A stretch of 64,000 bases of DNA. Source: Acidobacteriota bacterium (GTDB lineage Bacteria; Acidobacteriota; UBA890; WLXD01). The number at the start of each line of letters is the position of its first letter. The first letter of the stretch is position 1. A program made the translations under genes and the position numbers. The DNA lies in contig CBDFKD010000002.1 in the NCBI GenBank assembly GCA_965248695.1, forward strand, positions 5,632,001 through 5,696,000, read 5' to 3'. Under the pieces are notes generated by a model. The model saw only the letters and a list, made by a program, of their open reading frames with translations, was not told the origin of the DNA and did no database searches. Positions 57,344 through 64,000 of this stretch are shown in pieces.

Positions 57344-59578
57344 CTACCGTACCGGTGTGATGGGCAATGTCGGCGCGCGGCCGTCAAACGCCTCGCGGAT
57401 GCGTTCGGCCAGCGTCGTGTTGCGGGCCGAGGGCGATGCGTTGCCGACGGCGCGGTCGAGCGTCTCACGACTGCTGATCAGAACCGCGACTTGCTGTGCC
57501 CGGGTGAGCGCTGTGTACAACAAGTTGCGTTGCAACATGATGTGGTGCTCGGGCATGAGGACGACTACGACAGCCGGGTACTCGCTGCCCTGGCTCTTGT
57601 GAACGGATATCGCGTACGCCAGCGTCAGGTCACCCGTGGCGCCGGCATCGTAGCCGACGAGGCGACCGCCGAAATCGACGCTCAACCCCGCCTCGGCATC
57701 GGCGATGGCGACGTGCCCGATGTCGCCGTTGAACACCTCGCGGTCGTAGTCGTTGCGCAGCTGCATGACGCGGTCGCCGACACGCAGCATCGGCGCCGCC
57801 GACGGATCGGCGGTCGGATCCGGGTTGAGGGCCGCCTGCAGCTCGGCGTTGAGCCGGCTTACGCCGCAACGGCCACGATGCATCGGCGCCAGCACCTGCA
57901 CGTCGCGCATGGGGTCCAAATCGAAGCGCTTCGGGATCCGGTTCGTGACCAGGCGCTGAACGAGCTCGCGGGCGCGATCCGGATGGCGCTCGTCGATCAT
58001 GTAGAAGTCGGCATCCGGCTGGTCGGCCGGATGCGGCGCTTCGGGGAGCTCGCCTGCGTTCACCCGATGCGCGTTGCGAACGATGAGGCTTGCACGAGCC
58101 TGACGGAAGATGCGCTGCAACCGCACGGTAGGTACCCGCTCCGACGCGATCAGGTCGCGGAGCACCGCTCCGGGGCCGACTGGCGGCAGCTGGTCAGCAT
58201 CACCGACCATCAACAGGCGGGCATCGGGTCGGAGCGCCGAAACGAACGCATCCATGAGCACCAGATCCACCATCGAGAACTCGTCGATCACCGCCAGGTC
58301 GGCTTCGACGGGATTATCGGGCCCACGGCTGAAGCCCTGCCCGTACCCGAACTCCAGCAGTCGATGAATGGTCTTGGCCTCACGCCCCGTCGCCTGCTCC
58401 ATGCGCTTGGCGGCACGGCCGGTCGGTGCCGCCAACGCGACCCGTAGATCGAGCATGGTGGCGCAGCGGGCAATCGCATCGACGAGCGTCGTCTTCCCGG
58501 TGCCGGGACCACCGGTCACAACCACGAGCCGGCGAAGGAGCGCGCTCTCCAACGCCGTCCGTTGCTCGTCCGCCAGGCCTACCTCGAGACTCGAGGTCAC
58601 CTGACGCACGGCACCGAGCACACGGTCCTCCTCGATAGGCTCAATCGCACCGGCGGAAGCACCGAGAGCGGCGAGACGGCGAGCCACACGAAGCTCGGCA
58701 GCATACAACCCGGCCGTATAAACGCGCGGATCTGTCTCGCCATCCGGTTCCACCACCACATCTCGACGCAGCGCCAAGGCGTCGATCGCCGCGCCCAGCT
58801 CGTGCGACTCATCGAGATCGAGCAGCCTGGCGGCAACTGCCTGGAGCTCCGAGCTCATCAGAAAGCAATTGCCGCGGCCCGCCGCGGCGAGCAACGCTTC
58901 CGCCAAGCCCGCGGCCAGTCGGTCCGGCGCGTCCGGGGCTACGCCCATTCGCATTGCCAGCCCGTCAGCGGTGCGAAACCCGATGCCACGCACCTCGCGT
59001 GCCAGCGAGTACGGATCCCTCTTGACGCGCCCGACAGTCTCCTCTCCCCAGGCGCGGACGACGGCCTCGGCGAGCGCCGGGCCGAGCCCGTGTCCCTGCA
59101 GGAAGATCCGTGCCTGGCGGTGCGCCGTTTTCTCGAGCCAGCCGGCCTTGATCTGCTCGAGTCTCTTGGGGCCGATACCGCGCACGGCGAGCAGACGCTC
59201 GGGATCTTCATCCAGTACCTGCAACGTGTCGGTGCCGAAGCGATCCACCAGCCTTCGTGCGAGCTCCGGGCCGATGCCGGGTACGACCCCGGAAGCGAGG
59301 TAGCGCCGCGCGCCGCTCTCACTCTGCGGTTCGGCGGGCATGCACAGCTTCGCCCTGAACTGCCGCCCGTAGCGTCGGTCGGTCTCCCACTCCCCCTGGA
59401 TCTCGATGCACTCGCCGGGGAACAACGGCGCCATGGCGCCGACGACCGTGATCAAACCGCCGTCGTCGGGTTCGAAGTGCACCACGGCCCAGCCCGATTC
59501 GCGATTCTCGAAGACCACCCGGGCCACCGTGCCTCGAAGCCGCCCGTCGAACAGCGACGGCTCCTGCGCTCGCGCCAT
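57344..59578 (-). CDS. recD2: ATP-dependent RecD-like DNA helicase
   Basis: N-terminal HhH (GIGP, GIGFRTAD); TGGPGTGKTT; APTGRAAKR; DEFSM; GDADQLPPVGPG; YAISVHKSQGSE; LYTALTRA. Confidence 0.96.
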   Translation of the reverse strand: MARAQEPSLFDGRLRGTVARVVFENRESGWAVVHFEPDDGGLITVVGAMAPLFPGECIEIQGEWETDRRYGRQFRAKLCMPAEPQSESGARRYLASGVVPGIGPELARRLVDRFGTDTLQVLDEDPERLLAVRGIGPKRLEQIKAGWLEKTAHRQARIFLQGHGLGPALAEAVVRAWGEETVGRVKRDPYSLAREVRGIGFRTADGLAMRMGVAPDAPDRLAAGLAEALLAAAGRGNCFLMSSELQAVAARLLDLDESHELGAAIDALALRRDVVVEPDGETDPRVYTAGLYAAELRVARRLAALGASAGAIEPIEEDRVLGAVRQVTSSLEVGLADEQRTALESALLRRLVVVTGGPGTGKTTLVDAIARCATMLDLRVALAAPTGRAAKRMEQATGREAKTIHRLLEFGYGQGFSRGPDNPVEADLAVIDEFSMVDLVLMDAFVSALRPDARLLMVGDADQLPPVGPGAVLRDLIASERVPTVRLQRIFRQARASLIVRNAHRVNAGELPEAPHPADQPDADFYMIDERHPDRARELVQRLVTNRIPKRFDLDPMRDVQVLAPMHRGRCGVSRLNAELQAALNPDPTADPSAAPMLRVGDRVMQLRNDYDREVFNGDIGHVAIADAEAGLSVDFGGRLVGYDAGATGDLTLAYAISVHKSQGSEYPAVVVVLMPEHHIMLQRNLLYTALTRAQQVAVLISSRETLDRAVGNASPSARNTTLAERIREAFDGRAPTLPITPVR

Positions 59579-59587
59579 CTCAGCTAC

Positions 59588-60988
59588 TCAGATGTGGAGC
59601 GGGCGACCGTCAACCGCCAGGGCGGCTTCCTTGAAGGCCTCCGACAACGTGGGGTGCGCGTGCACGGTAAGGGCGAGGTCCTCGGCATAACCGCCGTAGC
59701 CCATCGCCACAACCGCCTCATGGATCAGGTGCCCGGCCTCCGGTCCAACGCAGTGGACACCGAGAATCACGTCGGTGTCGGCATCGGCGATCACCTTCAC
59801 CCAGCCATCCATGTCATCGCGTGCGCGCGCCCGGCCGTTGCCGCGGAACGGGAAACGGCCAATCTCGAGGCGATGCCCGCGGAGCTCCGCTTCGTCCTCT
59901 CGGAGCCCCACCGAGGCGAGCTCCGGATGGGTGAACACGACCGCCGGGATGGCATCGTATTCCATCGCTGCAGCGCGACCGGCGATGCACTCTGCCGCCA
60001 CAACGCCCTCGTCCATGGCGACGTGAGCCAGCATCGGCGTGGCGATCACGTCTCCGACGGCGTAGACGCCGGGGATACCGGTGCGCATACCGTGGTCGAC
60101 GGTGATAAAGCCTCGATCGTCCGTCTCCAGGCCGATCGCGTCGAGGCCGAGGCCGTCGGTCGCCGGTCGCCGACCGATCGAAACGAGTACCCGGTCCGCC
60201 TCGACCGTCGTGTCTTCGCCTCCCATGCTGTAGCGCACAAGCGCCGATCCGCCTTCGACTTCGACAGCGCTCACCCTCGATCCCAGACGAATGTCGAGAC
60301 CCTGCTGTCCGAGGAGCGTGTGGGCCATCGCCGCCACCTCGGCATCCATCTCCGGCAGCACACGGTCCATCATCTCCAAGACGACGACTTCGGTGCCCAG
60401 ACGCGCGTAGACGCTGCCGAGCTCAAGCCCGATATAGCCGGCGCCCACCACCACCATTCGATCGGGCACCGTCTCCAGACCCAGGGCACCGCGCGACGAG
60501 ATCACCACATCCTCGTCGCAGCCAATGCCGGGTAGCTCCGCCTCCACCGATCCGGTGGCGACGATGACGTTGTCCGCCCGCACCCTCCTGACCGACCCGT
60601 CGTCGGCGGTTACCTCGAGCGTTCCGGGCGCATCAAAGCGTGCCGCTCCGGCAAGCTGCTCCACCCCATGGCGCTTGAGCAGACCGCGCACGCCGGTCGT
60701 CAGCGCCTTCACGACCTTGGCCTTGTGCCGCTGCATGGCCACAAAATCGACGCTGGCTCCCTCGACCCGTATTCCGAATGTCGAGGCGCGTTTGATCTGG
60801 CTGAACAGATGCGACGCGTCGAGCAGCGCCTTGGACGGTATACATCCGACGTTCAGACAAGTACCGCCGACGAACTCCTTCTCGATAACCGCGGTCCGGA
60901 GCCCGAGTTGCGCCGCACGAATCGCCGCCACGTAGCCTCCGGGCCCGGCGCCGATCACGGCCACTTCCACCTGCGTCTCTGAGCTCAT
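59588..60988 (-). CDS. lpdA: Dihydrolipoamide dehydrogenase (E3)
   Basis: GAGPGGY, GGTCLNVGCIPSK, GAGYIGLE, HAHPTLSE. Confidence 0.97.
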   Translation of the reverse strand: MSSETQVEVAVIGAGPGGYVAAIRAAQLGLRTAVIEKEFVGGTCLNVGCIPSKALLDASHLFSQIKRASTFGIRVEGASVDFVAMQRHKAKVVKALTTGVRGLLKRHGVEQLAGAARFDAPGTLEVTADDGSVRRVRADNVIVATGSVEAELPGIGCDEDVVISSRGALGLETVPDRMVVVGAGYIGLELGSVYARLGTEVVVLEMMDRVLPEMDAEVAAMAHTLLGQQGLDIRLGSRVSAVEVEGGSALVRYSMGGEDTTVEADRVLVSIGRRPATDGLGLDAIGLETDDRGFITVDHGMRTGIPGVYAVGDVIATPMLAHVAMDEGVVAAECIAGRAAAMEYDAIPAVVFTHPELASVGLREDEAELRGHRLEIGRFPFRGNGRARARDDMDGWVKVIADADTDVILGVHCVGPEAGHLIHEAVVAMGYGGYAEDLALTVHAHPTLSEAFKEAALAVDGRPLHI

Positions 60989-60995
60989 CGTCGGC

Positions 60996-62417
60996 TCACG
61001 GCGCCAGGAGCTGGAGCTTCGGGTCCTCGAGCAGCGCCACCAGGTCACGCGTGAACAGCGCCGCCGGCGCGCCGTCGACGACGCGATGATCGAGCGAGAG
61101 CGACAGATTCACCATGTCGCGAATCACGATCTCGTCATCGCGCACCACCGGGCGCTTGCGAATCGCCGGAATCCCGAGGATGGCGACCTCGGGGTGGTTG
61201 ATGATCGGCGTGGCAACGAGGCCGCCGATGTTTCCAGTGCTCGTGATCGTGATGGTGCCACCCTGCAGATCATCCGCGGCACTTCGCCCGGCGCGCGCGT
61301 CGGCGGAGAGCCGTTCGATCTCCTGTGCGAGATCGAAGATACTCAGCCGGTCCGCGTTCTTCACCACCGGCACCATCAGGCCACGATCGGTATCGGTGGC
61401 AATGCCGACGTTGTAGTAGCGCTTCAAGACGATCTCGCCGCTCTCCTCGTCGAGCGACGAGTTCACGATCGGATGACGACGGCAAGCCTCGGTCAGCGCT
61501 TTGATGAAGAACGGCAGGTAGGTGACCCGCAGCCCCTCGGCTGCCGCCATCTCCTTCGCCTCACGACGCAGTGCGACAATCTCGGTCATGTCGCACTCCT
61601 CTACGTAGGTGAAGTGCGGGATAACGCGCTTCGCCTCCGCCAGCCGCTCGGCGATGCGCCGACGGAGTCCGCGCAGGGGAACACGCTCCTCCAGCGGGCC
61701 GTCAACAGCAGGCGTCAGCAAAAGAGGGCGAGCGCCCGGCGGCGATTCGTCGTGGCTCGCCCGTACCGCCGCCGGTTCGGTCCCATGGCCGGTGGCAGGC
61801 AGCGGTGGAGAATCCGGTGGCCCCGCGTCGACCCGGTCTCCGTGACCGGTGAGGTCGGCCTTGGTGATCCGGCCGCCCTTTCCGGTTCCATGCACGTCTT
61901 GCAGATCGATCCCGAGCTCGCGTGCCAGGCGGCGAGTCGCCGGGGTCGTCAGCGGACCACCGGCAGCCGGCGGCGGAGCCTCCCACGCCGGAAGCTCGTC
62001 TGCGTTGTCATCGAGCTCGGCACGCGCCATCGCCCGTGCTGCCGCCACCGCGTCTTCGTCCCCCGCCTCCACTTCAACAACGACCGGCTCATCGTCCTCG
62101 ACTGGCGCGCCCGGCTCGACCGGCTGGTCAGGAGCCTCGAGCTCCGACGTCGCGCCCACTTCGCTGCCGCCGGCATCGTCGCCAGCGCCGATCAGCAAGA
62201 TCACCGCGCCGACGTCAACGATATCGCCCTCCTTGGCGCGCAACTCGAGCACGGTCCCTGGAACCGGCGAGGGAATCTCCACCGTGGCCTTGTCGGTCAT
62301 CACCTCGACGAGCGGCGTGTCCTCTTCCACCACGGCGCCCTCGGCGACGAGCCACTTGATGATCTCGCCCTCGGCCGTTCCTTCACCGATCTCGGGTAAC
62401 TTGATCTCGGTCGTCAT
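60996..62417 (-). CDS. Dihydrolipoamide acyltransferase (E2) of a 2-oxoacid dehydrogenase complex
   Basis: Lipoyl domain EVMTDKAT; E3-binding TPATRRLARE...GTGKGGRI; catalytic DHRVVDG. Confidence 0.95.
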   Translation of the reverse strand: MTTEIKLPEIGEGTAEGEIIKWLVAEGAVVEEDTPLVEVMTDKATVEIPSPVPGTVLELRAKEGDIVDVGAVILLIGAGDDAGGSEVGATSELEAPDQPVEPGAPVEDDEPVVVEVEAGDEDAVAAARAMARAELDDNADELPAWEAPPPAAGGPLTTPATRRLARELGIDLQDVHGTGKGGRITKADLTGHGDRVDAGPPDSPPLPATGHGTEPAAVRASHDESPPGARPLLLTPAVDGPLEERVPLRGLRRRIAERLAEAKRVIPHFTYVEECDMTEIVALRREAKEMAAAEGLRVTYLPFFIKALTEACRRHPIVNSSLDEESGEIVLKRYYNVGIATDTDRGLMVPVVKNADRLSIFDLAQEIERLSADARAGRSAADDLQGGTITITSTGNIGGLVATPIINHPEVAILGIPAIRKRPVVRDDEIVIRDMVNLSLSLDHRVVDGAPAALFTRDLVALLEDPKLQLLAP

Positions 62418-62422
62418 GGGCC

Positions 62423-63391
62423 TCAGAAGTTTGCGACTCGCTCGATCGCATCGACGACGCGTCGACAGCACGGCAAGTAGTCGTCCTCGTGTACGTGCGG
62501 AACCGGCAAGTCATAGCCGGCGACTCGCTCGATGGGGGCCTCAAGGTGCAGGAACGCGCGCTCCGAGAGCGTAGCGGAGAGCTCGGCACCGTAACCGCAG
62601 AACGTCGGCGATTCGGCGGCGATGACCGCCCGTCCGGTCTTGGCTATGGAGCGCAGTACGGCAGCAATATCGAGCGGCAACAGCGTACGTAGATCGACAA
62701 CGTCAACCTGAATGCCCGACTCGGCAGCAACCTCTGCTGCCTCCATCGCCAACGGCACGGTGGAGCCGTACGCAAACACCGAAACGTCGGTGCCCCGTCG
62801 CCGGGTGCATGCCTCGCCGAGGGGAACAATGTGCTCGTCGTCAACAGCGCAGGTTTCCCGGTAGAGGCCCTTGGGCTCCAGAAAGACGACCGGATCGGCC
62901 CCGCGCAGCGCGGCGCGCAACATGCCTGCTGCATCAACGGCATCGGACGGTGCAGCCACGACGATCCCGGGGGTGTGGCAAAAATAACCTTCAGGGCTCT
63001 GCGACTGGTACATGCCACCACCGACGCCGCCACCGTACGGCAGGCGCAGGACGAGCGGGCAGGAGTACTGACCGCCGGAGCGATAGCGGATCCGGGCGAT
63101 CTCCGACACGACGTGCTCGAAACCGGGCCAGACGAAGTCCGCGAACTGAATTTCGATTACCGGACGCAGGCCGTATAGGGCCATGCCGACGGCGGTGCCG
63201 ATCACGCCCCCCTCGCCCGTCGGCGTGTCGACCACGCGCCGATCGCCGAAGTCGTCTCGCAGCCCCTCGGTGGCACCGAAGAGGCCGCCCAACGCACCGA
63301 CGTCCTCGCCCAGGAGCACGATCGCCTCGTCGCGGCGCATCTCGGCGCCCAGCGTCCGGTTGATCGCTTGCGCCATGCTCAGATCGGACAT
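62423..63391 (-). CDS. 2-oxoacid dehydrogenase E1 beta subunit (BCKDH/PDH type)
   Basis: LLGEDVG, DTPTGE, EIQFADF, RYRSGG, DPVVFLEPK, VDLRTLLPLD. Confidence 0.93.
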   Translation of the reverse strand: MSDLSMAQAINRTLGAEMRRDEAIVLLGEDVGALGGLFGATEGLRDDFGDRRVVDTPTGEGGVIGTAVGMALYGLRPVIEIQFADFVWPGFEHVVSEIARIRYRSGGQYSCPLVLRLPYGGGVGGGMYQSQSPEGYFCHTPGIVVAAPSDAVDAAGMLRAALRGADPVVFLEPKGLYRETCAVDDEHIVPLGEACTRRRGTDVSVFAYGSTVPLAMEAAEVAAESGIQVDVVDLRTLLPLDIAAVLRSIAKTGRAVIAAESPTFCGYGAELSATLSERAFLHLEAPIERVAGYDLPVPHVHEDDYLPCCRRVVDAIERVANF

Positions 63392-63410
63392 CTTGGTCAA
63401 CCCTGTCCCG

Positions 63411-64000
63411 CTAGGGCTCGTCGCGCAGGCGACGCAGCTTGCGCGACTGCTCCTGCAACATCCAAGGCCGCTCGGCCCAGACATCGTCGAACATCGCGTC
63501 CGCCGGGGGCGGCCCGGCATTCTCCGCCGCCGCGACGGCAGCGGCGACGCGCTCATCGCAGTTCCGACCGAACTCCTCCTCGCGGCCAGCGTCCCAGACG
63601 CCGCGGTACTCGAGGTAGGGGCGGAGTCTGCCCGCCGGCTCTTCCGCCGTCGTCCCATCTGGTACGACCGCTTCGATCAACGTTGGCCCCTCGCCGCCAA
63701 CCGCGGCGCGCCGCGCGGTGCGTGCAGCGGTATACACCGCCAGCATATCGGTGCCGTCAACGCTGACCGCCATGATGCCGTAGGCCACCGCAATGGGCGC
63801 CAGCGACGCGCTTGCGCAACGACACACGAAGACCGCCGGGGCCGTATGTCGGGCGGCCGTCGAGAGGGCGACCTGGAAGGCAGCCTGATCGGTGGCTGCA
63901 ACCCCGAACAGGGCGAGAACCGCGTGCGGATCGTGCTGCAGCTTCATCGCCATCGCCGTGCCCGCAGCGTGCTGAATCTGTGTTGCCAGCGGCCCAGAAA
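63411..64000 (-). CDS. Degenerate 2-oxoacid dehydrogenase E1 alpha subunit (5' end outside the window)
   Basis: SGPLATQIQHAAGTAMA, AYG...VDGTDMLAVY, GEGPTLIEA, MFDDV; operon position. The ThDP motif is altered. Confidence 0.85.
   Translation of the reverse strand, partial: SGPLATQIQHAAGTAMAMKLQHDPHAVLALFGVAATDQAAFQVALSTAARHTAPAVFVCRCASASLAPIAVAYGIMAVSVDGTDMLAVYTAARTARRAAVGGEGPTLIEAVVPDGTTAEEPAGRLRPYLEYRGVWDAGREEEFGRNCDERVAAAVAAAENAGPPPADAMFDDVWAERPWMLQEQSRKLRRLRDEP

Noticed and set aside
57275-62574. Long plus-strand ORFs opposite recD2, lpdA and E2
   Set aside because: Typical antisense open frames of high-GC genes.

Overview
High-GC, gene-dense bacterial window. The gene repertoire (Oar-type TonB-dependent receptor, sulfatase-TPR, CRTAC1/ASPIC, PQQ-like propellers, CehA/McbA) suggests Acidobacteriota, which is an inference. 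About 43 CDSs are supported; no rRNA, tRNA or CRISPR array was recognised. 1-27 kb is an accessory block of mostly exported proteins, including a Tat-signal Rieske oxygenase alpha subunit next to a Tat-signal SpdH-like flavoprotein and two secreted isochorismatase-fold paralogues lacking the catalytic Cys. 27-43 kb has hutUI, a PDZ-less HtrA-like protease, a MacAB-TolC-like operon and a large lipoprotein glycosidase that probably starts at CTG. 43-50 kb is a peptidoglycan-recycling cluster (NagZ-AmiE-like fusion, NamZ, sodium symporter, PfkB kinase). 50-64 kb has a PagL-like gene interrupted by an in-frame TAG and followed by a 167-bp MITE-like element, an internally deleted SDR remnant, a glutaredoxin-TrxB fusion, recD2, and a 2-oxoacid dehydrogenase operon whose E1 subunits lack key catalytic motifs. 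All product calls come from motif recognition by eye; no database searches were run.
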